Below are positions 18,884 to 27,483 of a stretch of DNA of 64,000 bases, in pieces (the stretch's first letter is position 1; each line of letters opens with the position of its first letter). Under the pieces are notes generated by a model that did not search any database, was not told where the DNA came from, and was given only the letters and a program-made list of their open reading frames with translations. A program made the translations under genes and the position numbers. The stretch comes from Candidatus Scatovivens sp. Its GTDB lineage: Bacteria > Bacillota > Clostridia > TANB77 > CAG-508. The stretch lies in assembly GCA_045646345.1 (NCBI GenBank), contig JAZRKN010000005.1, forward strand, positions 13,594 through 77,593. The letters run 5' to 3'.

Positions 18884-20047
18884 ATGAAAATGAATGTTAA
18901 GAAAATCACTGTAATCGTTCTGGCTATTCTCTTCGCAATCAACACTGCAGCTACTGCATTCCTTGCACTCTCTGCTAAATCCAATGACAACAACGCAACT
19001 GCTAATGTGGAGGTTATGAATACCTCTGATGGAAAAACTCCAACTGTAACTCCTGAAAAGGAGGAAGCTGACAGAATTCTACTGATTGATGAGTCTGGTT
19101 CTATGAATGTGGACTTCATCATGGGTGTGGATTTTGATGAGACAATCAGATACTCTGACAGCAAAATCACTCAGAATATTTTGGATACTTTAAACGGTGG
19201 AGCTAGCTATGTGGTTTATGTTACAGATATGGAAGCATATCCTATTAGTGATCTGCAGCTTAATGTGGGTAATCATGAAAATGTTTATCTTGCGTTTGCA
19301 ATGACTGAGGAAGTTTCTTATTCTGAAATTGCAAAACACAAAGCTGTTTGGGCAAATGCTCTGAATCAGGAAAATTCTACACTGATTTTTGTGTATCCTG
19401 ATGGTAGTGAAATGGTTGTTTTCGACAATTATTCCGAAGATGTTGCAGAATCTGTGAACATTGAAGATGCTACGAATAACAATCTCTCCATCAAAGTTGA
19501 AGCAAAATCCACAACTGGTGACAGCATCAGTTTTAGAGTTCTGGTTCTGTTCCTTGGCACTATTATTGATTTGTTTTTAATCTTCGGTATCATTATTGCT
19601 GTTCTGATGGATAGAAATGATACTGTAAAAACAGATGGTGGTGTACCTACTGGAATTCAGAAAGCACTGCAGGATACAACAGCAATGGATGGTTCTGCTA
19701 GTGTTGTTGCAGAGTATCAGCAGATGGTTGAGTGGGCTGAGAAAATGGGTGTTTCCGAAGTTTATCGATTTGCGACTGAGGTTAAGAAAATGACTATTGA
19801 GGAAGCAAAGAAGATGAAAGCTGATGGTAATACTCATGGTTGGAAGTGTCTGAAGGAAATGTTTGAGGCTGGAGAACGCAGAATCACCATTGTATCTGAT
19901 ATGGAATTCAACGATGATGAGTCTGTTGTGGCTGGCATCGAATTTGAACATATCAACTTCATTCTTCCTGCTGGGGAAAAGTACAATAAGGAAATCATGG
20001 AGAGGGTATGTAAGATGGCCAAATCCTATAAAGTCGAACGCATCTAA
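18884..20047 (+). CDS. bitopic membrane protein with two vWA/MIDAS-like half-domains (compositionally foreign)
   Basis: GGAGG sits 9 nt before ATG 18884. Signal anchor, LLIDESGSM (DxSxS), central TM helix FRVLVLFLGTIIDLFLIFGIIIAVL, then a second DGSAS ... ITIVSDMEFND. The first 99 nt are about 39% GC, and CTG/ATC codons are used. Confidence 0.6.
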   Translation: MKMNVKKITVIVLAILFAINTAATAFLALSAKSNDNNATANVEVMNTSDGKTPTVTPEKEEADRILLIDESGSMNVDFIMGVDFDETIRYSDSKITQNILDTLNGGASYVVYVTDMEAYPISDLQLNVGNHENVYLAFAMTEEVSYSEIAKHKAVWANALNQENSTLIFVYPDGSEMVVFDNYSEDVAESVNIEDATNNNLSIKVEAKSTTGDSISFRVLVLFLGTIIDLFLIFGIIIAVLMDRNDTVKTDGGVPTGIQKALQDTTAMDGSASVVAEYQQMVEWAEKMGVSEVYRFATEVKKMTIEEAKKMKADGNTHGWKCLKEMFEAGERRITIVSDMEFNDDESVVAGIEFEHINFILPAGEKYNKEIMERVCKMAKSYKVERI

Positions 20048-20089
20048 AGTTCTAGGTGCGCTAGGATGATCTGAAATTTCAGTAATCCG

Positions 20090-20124
20090 GGAGGGTAGCG
20101 AAAGCTACCCTCCTTTTGATTTTT
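20090..20124 (+). terminator. GC-rich intrinsic terminator
   Basis: Stem ggagggtagc, GAAA loop, gctaccctcc, then TTTT. Confidence 0.85.
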
Positions 20125-20210
20125 AGATGAAAACTTATTATGTTTCTATTTACTTGCTACGAAAAAAGTGCTATAATGTAGATGTATTAACGAAAAGGAG
20201 AGATAAAAGT

Positions 20211-20408
20211 ATGCTTTATTTAGTATTAGTACCAATAATAATGTTAGCGGCAATTGTAAAATTAGTTTCAGATAGATATAAATTAAAAATATTAAGTACA
20301 ATTTCAAAAGTTGTTATTTTTATAGGAGTAGTATTATTTGTATATTTATATGCAGCTTCAAAAGGATTTGATATTGTACAAATAATTATTAATTTCTTTA
20401 CGTTATAA
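20211..20408 (+). CDS. small two-TM membrane protein
   Basis: AAAGGAGAG RBS before ATG 20211. 65 aa, hydrophobic. Confidence 0.5.
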   Translation: MLYLVLVPIIMLAAIVKLVSDRYKLKILSTISKVVIFIGVVLFVYLYAASKGFDIVQIIINFFTL

Positions 20409-20497
20409 TAAAAATAAATGAGATTAAAATTTAAACTTATAGTTTAGATTTTAATCTTTTTTTGTGTAAAAATAAAATTTAAAAAAAACGTATTTTT

Positions 20498-20519
20498 TAG
20501 CGAAAAAATAGCGAAAAAA
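20498..20519 (+). repeat. tandem 11-nt direct repeat TAGCGAAAAAA x2 abutting the hydrogenase promoter -35
   Basis: Exact copies at 20498-20508 and 20509-20519. The -35 TTGATA starts at 20521. Confidence 0.8.
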
Positions 20520-20520
20520 A

Positions 20521-20548
20521 TTGATATTTTTTATTAATATGATATAAT
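20521..20548 (+). promoter_or_regulatory. sigma-A type promoter of the hydrogenase operon
   Basis: TTGATA-16 nt-(TGa)TATAAT. The leader is about 140 nt. Confidence 0.5.
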
Positions 20549-20694
20549 CAAAACGACAAATTATACATATAATTAAAAGAAAAATTATGATTATAAAAAT
20601 GTCTATAATGGCTAAATGCCTAAAATAAATAAGAAAGGAGATATGTTAGAAAAAAATCTAACATAGAAAGTAGTGAGTATGGAGAATACAAGAT

Positions 20695-21171
20695 GTGAAG
20701 GATGTACTCGGAATTGATCCAAAAATGTCTGAAATACTTAACAAGTATGTTCAAACAAAAGACAATTTAATTCAAATTTTAAACGAAGTACAAGATTATT
20801 ATGGATATGTTCCAGAGAAAGCACAAGTGGCAATTTCAGAATATTTAAATATGCCAATGGCTGAAATTTATGGAGTTGTTACATTTTATTCAAGATTCAC
20901 TTTAAAACCAAAAGGAAAATACCATATAGCAGTTTGCTTAGGAACAGCATGTTTTGTTAAAGGATCTGAAAATGTATTAGAAAGAGCAAAAGAAAGATTA
21001 GGAATCGATGTTGGAGAAACAACAAAAGATGGTAAGTTCTCATTAGAAGCAACAAGATGTATTGGAGCCTGTGGTTTAGCTCCTGTATTTACAGTAAATG
21101 AAGAAGTTTATGGTAAAGCTACTGTAAAAATGATGGACGAAGTTTTAGATAAATATATGAATGAAGAATAA
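20695..21171 (+). CDS. hydC: NuoE-like [2Fe-2S] subunit of bifurcating [FeFe]-hydrogenase
   Basis: CLGTACFVKGS...CIGACGLAP thioredoxin-like 2Fe-2S motif. GTG start 9 nt after GGAGA. Confidence 0.85.
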   Translation: MKDVLGIDPKMSEILNKYVQTKDNLIQILNEVQDYYGYVPEKAQVAISEYLNMPMAEIYGVVTFYSRFTLKPKGKYHIAVCLGTACFVKGSENVLERAKERLGIDVGETTKDGKFSLEATRCIGACGLAPVFTVNEEVYGKATVKMMDEVLDKYMNEE

Positions 21172-21218
21172 TAAAAATAAATATTTATATATTTTAAATT
21201 TTAGAAGGGAGCAAAATA

Positions 21219-23078
21219 ATGAAGACATTAGAGGAAATTAGAATAATTAGAGAAGAAAAAAGAAGAGAATTAGACCTAAGAGTTAACATGAATGCAGATA
21301 CTAGAGAAAAACACATTTTAGTATGTCATGGAACTGGGTGTACATCTTCTAAATCACCAAAAATAATAGAAAATTTTAGAAAAATATTAGAAGAAAAAAA
21401 TATTGAAAATGTAAGAGTAATTCAAACAGGATGCTTTGGATTATGTGCTAAAGGTCCAATTGTAATTATTAGACCAGAAGATGTTTTTTATGCAATGGTT
21501 ACACCTGATGATTGTGCTGAAATTGTTGAAAAACATATTCAAAACGGAGAAATTGTTCAAAGATTACTTTGCAAAGATGTAGATAATAGCGTAGTTCAAA
21601 GATTAGATGAATTAAATTTCTATAAAAAACAAAAAAGAATTGCACTTCAAAACTGTGGTGTAATTGATCCAGAAAATATAGATGAATATATTGCATTTGA
21701 TGGATATAAAGCATTAGAAAAATGTTTGTTTGAAATGAACCCAGATTCTGTTATTGAAGAAGTTACAGCATCAGGTTTAAGAGGACGTGGTGGAGCTGGT
21801 TTCCCTACAGGTAAAAAATGGTCATTTACTAAAATGGCTGTTGGAGACCAAAAATATGTTGCATGTAATGCTGACGAAGGAGACCCAGGCGCATTCATGG
21901 ACAGAAGTATATTAGAAGGTGATCCACACTGTATTATAGAAGCAATGATGATTGCAGGATATGCAGTTGGAGCAAATAGAGGATATATTTATGTTAGAGC
22001 TGAATACCCAATAGCAGTTAAACGTTTCCAAAAAGCTATAGATCAAGCTAGAGAATATGGAATTTTAGGAAATAACATTTGGGGAACAGAATTCTGCTTT
22101 GATTTAGAAATAAGACTTGGTGCTGGAGCTTTCGTATGTGGAGAAGAAACAGCATTATTAGAATCAATTGAAGGAAGACGTGGTCAACCAAGATTAAAAC
22201 CACCATTCCCAGCAAATGCAGGTTTATTCCAAAAACCAACATTAATTAATAACGTTGAAACATATGCTAATATAACAAAAATTATTTTAAATGGAGCTAG
22301 CTGGTATGCTGGAATAGGAACAGAAAAATCTAAAGGAACAAAAGTATTTGCTTTAGGTGGAAATGTTAATAATATCGGTTTAGTTGAAGTTCCAATGGGA
22401 GTTACATTAAGAGAAATCGTATTTGATATCGGTGGTGGAATTCCAAATGGAAGAAAATTCAAAGCTGCTCAAACAGGTGGACCTTCAGGTGGATGTATAC
22501 CAGAAGAACACTTAGATACACCAATTGATTATGAATCACTTCAAGCAATTGGATCTATGATGGGTTCTGGTGGATTAATTGTTATGGATGATTCAAAATG
22601 TATGGTTAACTTAGCAAAATTCTATTTAGGATTTACAGTTGATGAATCATGTGGAAAATGTACACCATGTAGAATTGGTACAAAGAGATTATTAGAAATG
22701 CTTGAAAGAATAACAGATGGAAAAGGTGAAGCAGGAGATATCGAAAAATTAGAAGATCTTTGCAGAAATATTCAAAAAGCATCTGTTTGTGGACTTGGTC
22801 AAACAGCACCAAACCCAGTTTTAAGTACTTTAAAATATTTCAGAAATGAATATGAAGAACATATTAATGAGAAAAAATGTAGTGCAGGAGAATGTAAAGC
22901 ATTAATGCAATTACATATTGAAGCAGAAATGTGTAAAGGTTGTGGATTATGTAAGAGAAATTGTCCAGTTGATGCAATTGTTGGTAATATCAAAGAGCCA
23001 CATGTTATCGACTTAGAGAAATGTATTAAATGTGGTACTTGTATTAATAAATGCCCATTCCACGCTATAAAGAACTAA
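21219..23078 (+). CDS. hydB: NuoF-like FMN/NAD(H)-binding subunit of [FeFe]-hydrogenase
   Basis: GLRGRGGAGFPTGKKW motif, an N-terminal 2Fe-2S domain, and two C-terminal CxxCxxCxxxCP ferredoxin motifs. Confidence 0.9.
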   Translation: MKTLEEIRIIREEKRRELDLRVNMNADTREKHILVCHGTGCTSSKSPKIIENFRKILEEKNIENVRVIQTGCFGLCAKGPIVIIRPEDVFYAMVTPDDCAEIVEKHIQNGEIVQRLLCKDVDNSVVQRLDELNFYKKQKRIALQNCGVIDPENIDEYIAFDGYKALEKCLFEMNPDSVIEEVTASGLRGRGGAGFPTGKKWSFTKMAVGDQKYVACNADEGDPGAFMDRSILEGDPHCIIEAMMIAGYAVGANRGYIYVRAEYPIAVKRFQKAIDQAREYGILGNNIWGTEFCFDLEIRLGAGAFVCGEETALLESIEGRRGQPRLKPPFPANAGLFQKPTLINNVETYANITKIILNGASWYAGIGTEKSKGTKVFALGGNVNNIGLVEVPMGVTLREIVFDIGGGIPNGRKFKAAQTGGPSGGCIPEEHLDTPIDYESLQAIGSMMGSGGLIVMDDSKCMVNLAKFYLGFTVDESCGKCTPCRIGTKRLLEMLERITDGKGEAGDIEKLEDLCRNIQKASVCGLGQTAPNPVLSTLKYFRNEYEEHINEKKCSAGECKALMQLHIEAEMCKGCGLCKRNCPVDAIVGNIKEPHVIDLEKCIKCGTCINKCPFHAIKN

Positions 23079-23109
23079 TTTTAAAATAAAAATCGAGAGG
23101 AGAATACTC

Positions 23110-24846
23110 ATGGTACATTTAACAATAAATGGAAAAAATGTTGAAATTGAAGAAGGCTCAACAATATTAGAAGCTGCAAGAAAAATAAACATAGATATTC
23201 CAACACTTTGTTTCTTAAAAGATGTAAATGAAGTTGGAGATTGTAGAATGTGTGTTGTAGAAGTTGAAGGTAGACGTGGATTTGCTACAGCATGTATTCA
23301 AAAAGTAGAAGAGGGAATGGTTGTTAAAACAAGTACACCAGCTGTTATAGAAGCTAGAAGAATTGTTTTAGATTTAATTCTTTCAAATCACGATAGAGAA
23401 TGTCTAACATGTACAAGAAATGGAAATTGCGAATTACAAAAATTAGCACAAACATTCTATGTAGATGATATTAGATATAAAGGTGAAAGAAATGTTCATG
23501 AAATAGATGATCTATCACCAGCAATTGTTAGAGATTTTAACAAATGTGTTTTATGTAGAAGATGCGTTGCAACTTGTAAAAAAGTTCAAGGAATCGGTGC
23601 AATAGATTCTGCACAAAGAGGATTCGCATCAGAAGTTTCTACATACAAAAATAAATCATTAAATGATGTAAACTGTACATTCTGTGGACAATGTATTGAA
23701 GCTTGTCCTGTAGGAGCTTTGAAAGAAAAAGATTCAACAGAAGAAGTATGGAAAGCATTAAGAGATGAAGAAAAATATGTTGTTGTTCAAACTGCACCAG
23801 CTGTAAGAGTTGCACTTGGTGAAGAATTCGGAATGGAAATTGGAACTAATGTAACAGGAAAAATGGTATCAGCTTTAAGAGAATTAGGATTTGATAAAGT
23901 ATTTGATACAAATACAGCAGCAGATTTAACAATTATGGAAGAAGGAACAGAGTTCTTAGATAGATTCCAAAATGGTGGAACACTTCCAATGATCACATCT
24001 TGTAGTCCAGGATGGGTTAGATATCTAGAATTAAATTATCCAGATTTAATTCCAAATCTTTCTACATGTAAATCACCACACCAAATGTATGGTGCAATAA
24101 TAAAATCATATTTTGCTGAAAAACATAATATAGATCCAAGTAAAATATTTGTTGTTTCAGTAATGCCTTGTGTTGCTAAAAAATTCGAAAGCTCTAGAGA
24201 AGAAATGATAAATGATGTAGACGCAGTTATCACAACAAGAGAGCTTGCAAGAATGATTAAACAAGCTCATATTGATTTTGTTGGATTAGAAGATACATGT
24301 TTTGATGATCCGATGGGAGAAGCTACTGGAGCAGGAGCTATTTTCGGAACAACAGGTGGTGTTATGGAAGCTGCTATAAGAACTGTTCATGAAATAGTTA
24401 CAGGAAATTCTATGGAAAGATTAGAATATGAACCTGTTAGAGGAGCAGAAGGAATTAAAAAAGCTACATTAAACTTAAATGGAACAGAAGTTAAAGTTGC
24501 TGTTGCTTCAGGATTAAAAAATGCTCAAACTATAATGGAAGAAATTAAATCAGGAAAAGCTGATTATCAATTTGTTGAAATCATGGCATGTCCAGGAGGA
24601 TGTGTAATGGGTGGTGGCCAACCAATTAGATCTTCTAAAGAAAGAGCTACTATCGATATAAGAAGTAAAAGAGCTAATGCATTATATACAATTGATGAAA
24701 GAAGTACTATTAGAAAATCACATGAAAATCCAATCATCAAAAAATTATATGAAGAATATTTAGAAAAACCAGGAAGCCATAAATCTCATGAATTATTACA
24801 TACTCACTATGTAGCAAGAGAAAAATATAAATTAGATGGTGAATAA
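23110..24846 (+). CDS. hydA: [FeFe]-hydrogenase catalytic subunit
   Basis: H-cluster motifs TSCSPGW, MPCVAKKFE and EIMACPGGCVMGGGQP, plus N-terminal 2Fe-2S and 4Fe-4S domains. Confidence 0.92.
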   Translation: MVHLTINGKNVEIEEGSTILEAARKINIDIPTLCFLKDVNEVGDCRMCVVEVEGRRGFATACIQKVEEGMVVKTSTPAVIEARRIVLDLILSNHDRECLTCTRNGNCELQKLAQTFYVDDIRYKGERNVHEIDDLSPAIVRDFNKCVLCRRCVATCKKVQGIGAIDSAQRGFASEVSTYKNKSLNDVNCTFCGQCIEACPVGALKEKDSTEEVWKALRDEEKYVVVQTAPAVRVALGEEFGMEIGTNVTGKMVSALRELGFDKVFDTNTAADLTIMEEGTEFLDRFQNGGTLPMITSCSPGWVRYLELNYPDLIPNLSTCKSPHQMYGAIIKSYFAEKHNIDPSKIFVVSVMPCVAKKFESSREEMINDVDAVITTRELARMIKQAHIDFVGLEDTCFDDPMGEATGAGAIFGTTGGVMEAAIRTVHEIVTGNSMERLEYEPVRGAEGIKKATLNLNGTEVKVAVASGLKNAQTIMEEIKSGKADYQFVEIMACPGGCVMGGGQPIRSSKERATIDIRSKRANALYTIDERSTIRKSHENPIIKKLYEEYLEKPGSHKSHELLHTHYVAREKYKLDGE

Positions 24847-24854
24847 ATAAAAAA

Positions 24855-24886
24855 AGATACAGAATTTCTATTCTGTATCTTTTTTT
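24855..24886 (+). terminator. intrinsic terminator after hydA
   Basis: Stem agatacagaat/attctgtatct plus T6. Confidence 0.8.
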
Positions 24887-24890
24887 GTTA

Positions 24891-24921
24891 TGAAAAATCC
24901 CATTGCAAATAGCAATGGGAT
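24891..24921 (-). terminator. intrinsic terminator of the minus-strand cassette
   Basis: Stem atcccattgc/gcaatgggat, with a T-run on the minus strand. Confidence 0.7.
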
Positions 24922-24933
24922 TGAAAAGATGAA

Positions 24934-25179
24934 TTAAAAACCGCTTTGTTGCATGCGCTCTTTTATTTCTTCTTTGCTACAATCGCAAAGGATAGAGTAC
25001 ACTGCAATAGAAGTTTCAGAAGAACTGTTAAGTGCAACATATTTGTGGACATATCTCGTTAAATTATGCCAACATACTTCAGGCGCCCAAAAAGGCCTGT
25101 TAGACTTGAGGTCTGTTGCTAAACACTCCGGTGCTACAGTTAAAATTTGTTCATAAACGGTCTTAAAATCTCTTGCCAT
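24934..25179 (-). CDS. hypothetical 81-aa protein (compositionally foreign)
   Basis: GAGGAG RBS before ATG 25179 (MARDFKTVYEQ...). Hand counts give 34-42% GC. No recognised domain. Confidence 0.55.
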   Translation of the reverse strand: MARDFKTVYEQILTVAPECLATDLKSNRPFWAPEVCWHNLTRYVHKYVALNSSSETSIAVYSILCDCSKEEIKERMQQSGF

Positions 25180-25258
25180 TTTTTCTCCTCGTGCATTTTG
25201 CACTTGCCTGGGTCAATAGTAACATGATGTAACGGAGTAAAAACGTTTCATCAATAAT

Positions 25259-25287
25259 ATTATACCATAATTTACATAAAATGTAAA
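25259..25287 (-). promoter_or_regulatory. sigma-A type promoter containing palindrome TTTACAT-N3-ATGTAAA
   Basis: Minus strand reads TTTACA-TTTTATGTAAATTATGG-TATAAT (17-nt spacer). Confidence 0.6.
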
Positions 25288-25299
25288 TTTAAAGAAGGG

Positions 25300-26298
25300 T
25301 TATAATAAAACAAATGTAATAATTATAGAAAATAATCCATGAAGAATTTTTCCTATAAGATAAGGTTTTATAGAAATATTTTCTTTATAAATAATACTAT
25401 ATACTTGTAGTAAAACAGATAAACCACCAAATCCAAGTAAAAATGAGGTAAGTAGTATACTAAGATGAGGGAATGAAGAAAATGTCTGAGAAGACAAATT
25501 AACACCATTTGTTAATTCGATGATTCCAGTTATTAAAGTCATACTAATTTCTTTTGATAAACCCAATGTATGAAGAATGTTTGTTAATAAATTAATTAAT
25601 CCACTTGTCTGAAGTGTTGATAATATTATTGAAAATAATACAATAAAACCACAAATAGATAATAATGTAGAAATAGCTTGTTTAATTGAATTACTTAAAA
25701 TTTCTCCAAGTTCTTGAATTTTAATTGGAGAATTTTGCGTGTTAAAAAGCATTTCTTTAAAGTTGATTTCAAGATTATTTTTCTTCCAAAATTTAAAACA
25801 ATAACCAACTAATAAAGAGGAGAGAATGTGAGATATAAGAAGTATACAACCGATTTTTTTATTTGAATATAAAGATACGCCAACTGTTGCAAGTATAAAT
25901 AATGGACCAGAATTATTAGTGTAAGCAATTAATCGTTCAGCTTCAATTTTAGAAATTATTTTTTCTCTTTTTAAGTCACATACTACCTTGGCTCCAATAG
26001 GATACCCACTAATGGTTCCTAATATAATTGCCAAAGAACCTTCGCCGGGAACATTAAAAAGAGGTTTCATAAATTTATTCAAAAATTTTCCTAATATATA
26101 AGTAAAGTTTGTCTTGCTTAAAAGTTCAGTTGCTATAAAGAAAGGAAAGAGGCTGGGTAATACTTTAGTTGCCCAGAGAGCAAATCCATTTTGCGCTGCT
26201 ATGATATTAGATTCAGAATATAATAAAAGGGAAATAGTAAATAATAAGAAAATTATTGTAAAAAAATATTTTTTTAAATTGATTACCAAAAAATTCAT
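25300..26298 (-). CDS. ylbJ: YlbJ-like sporulation integral membrane protein (nucleoside-recognition/Gate domains)
   Basis: 332 aa, polytopic. The pattern GEGSLAIILGTISGYPIGAK... is typical of the YlbJ/Gate family. Confidence 0.6.
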   Translation of the reverse strand: MNFLVINLKKYFFTIIFLLFTISLLLYSESNIIAAQNGFALWATKVLPSLFPFFIATELLSKTNFTYILGKFLNKFMKPLFNVPGEGSLAIILGTISGYPIGAKVVCDLKREKIISKIEAERLIAYTNNSGPLFILATVGVSLYSNKKIGCILLISHILSSLLVGYCFKFWKKNNLEINFKEMLFNTQNSPIKIQELGEILSNSIKQAISTLLSICGFIVLFSIILSTLQTSGLINLLTNILHTLGLSKEISMTLITGIIELTNGVNLSSQTFSSFPHLSILLTSFLLGFGGLSVLLQVYSIIYKENISIKPYLIGKILHGLFSIIITFVLL

Positions 26299-26371
26299 AA
26301 ATACTCCTGATACTTAATTAGTAAAGATAATAGTATATATTCAATAAATAGCGAGATATGAATAAAATATA

Positions 26372-26400
26372 TTGAATAAGAATGTGAAAAGTGTTATAAT
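26372..26400 (+). promoter_or_regulatory. sigma-A type promoter of the small hydrophobic-protein cassette
   Basis: TTGAAT-17 nt-(TGt)TATAAT. The leader is about 145 nt. Confidence 0.55.
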
Positions 26401-26549
26401 CAAGTTTCCAAGTGAAAATTAGCAAGAGAATTTATGAATATAATCTCAAACTTGGTAATTTTTACTTTTAATACATAGAGGTGAAAAGTTTTAAGAATGA
26501 GCCAGTTTTTCTGTATGCAATTTTGATGAAGACGGGAGGAAAAGGGAAT

Positions 26550-26720
26550 ATGATGTTGGTAGAATTCAAATTGGCTTTGGCCTTGATTACTATCGTGATT
26601 TTGCTTGTAGTTATTGTCTTGTTGCTTGTGGCTATTTTGGCCTTGAACAAGCAGATTGCAAGTTTTATCAACGAGAAATTTTCCGAAAATGGAGAAAAGG
26701 ACGTGGGATCCAAAAATTAA
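26550..26720 (+). CDS. 56-aa single-TM hydrophobic protein (compositionally foreign)
   Basis: GGGAGGA RBS. MMLVEFKLALALITIVILLVVIVLLLVAILALNKQ..., then a charged tail. Confidence 0.5.
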   Translation: MMLVEFKLALALITIVILLVVIVLLLVAILALNKQIASFINEKFSENGEKDVGSKN

Positions 26721-26821
26721 ATATTGTTTTGGTTGTAATGTAGACTGTTGCATACAGAAAACTTATATAAAACAGAAATTTTTGTACCGACCACAAACAG
26801 TGTATTAAAAGCACTATGAAG

Positions 26822-26852
26822 GCTTGTCTCTTCTGAGAGACGAGCTTTTTTT
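26822..26852 (+). terminator. intrinsic terminator about 100 nt after the small ORF
   Basis: Stem gcttgtctc/gagacgagc plus T7. Confidence 0.8.
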
Positions 26853-26912
26853 ATTATATTTTACAAAATATGGAAAAAAATATTAATTTATGATAAAATT
26901 TTTTTAAATTTA

Positions 26913-26940
26913 TGGAACCGAATTAAAAAATAATACGTCT
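26913..26940 (+). promoter_or_regulatory. ECF-type promoter (GGAAC-17 nt-CGTCT) upstream of the ECF sigma gene
   Basis: tGGAAC at 26913-26918 and CGTCT at 26936-26940. This matches the AAC / CGT architecture of autoregulated ECF promoters. Confidence 0.55.
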
Positions 26941-26958
26941 AATGTATAGGAGGAACAA

Positions 26959-27483
26959 ATGAGAGAAGTAAATGAGCCTGGTAATAGCAATCCGGAAGCT
27001 TTTGAAAGACTTATTAATACTGTAAAAGTTAAATTGTATAAAACAGGAATGGCAATTTTAAAAAATGATGACGATGTATGTGATGCTATTCAAGAAACTT
27101 TAATGAGTGCTTATAAAAATTTTAGTAATTTAAAAGAAGTTCAATTTTTTGATACTTGGATTACAAGAATTCTTATTAATAAATGTTATGACATAATTAA
27201 AAAGAATAAAAAAGTTGCTTATTTAAATGAAAAAATGGAAGTAGAAGCTAATGAATCTTATTATGATAGATATAAAGAAGATTCAACAGTTGAAAGAGTT
27301 TTAAGTCAAATAAATCCTGAATTAAAACTTGTTAGTGTTTTATATTATTATGATGAATTCTCAGTTAAAGAAATCTCCGAAATGCTTAACATCCCAGAAG
27401 GAACAGTAAAATCTAGATTAGCAAGAGCGCGAGACAAAATGTATGAGATATTAAAAATGGAAGAAGGTGAACGCATTGGATAA
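26959..27483 (+). CDS. ECF-family RNA polymerase sigma factor
   Basis: Region 2 (DAIQETLMSAYKNF, WITRILINKCYD) and region 4 (VKEISEMLNIPEGTVKSRLARARDKM). Confidence 0.85.
   Translation: MREVNEPGNSNPEAFERLINTVKVKLYKTGMAILKNDDDVCDAIQETLMSAYKNFSNLKEVQFFDTWITRILINKCYDIIKKNKKVAYLNEKMEVEANESYYDRYKEDSTVERVLSQINPELKLVSVLYYYDEFSVKEISEMLNIPEGTVKSRLARARDKMYEILKMEEGERIG

Noticed and set aside
18853-19951. Minus-strand ORFs of 105 aa and 124 aa, plus the + frame ORF at 19863-20069, all overlapping the vWA gene.
   Set aside because: The higher GC of the foreign gene removes stop codons in the other frames. They have no RBS or promoter, and the sense gene has clear RBS, TM and MIDAS features. The same reasoning applies to 62984-63508, 63549-63836, 26400-26753 and 24953-25156.
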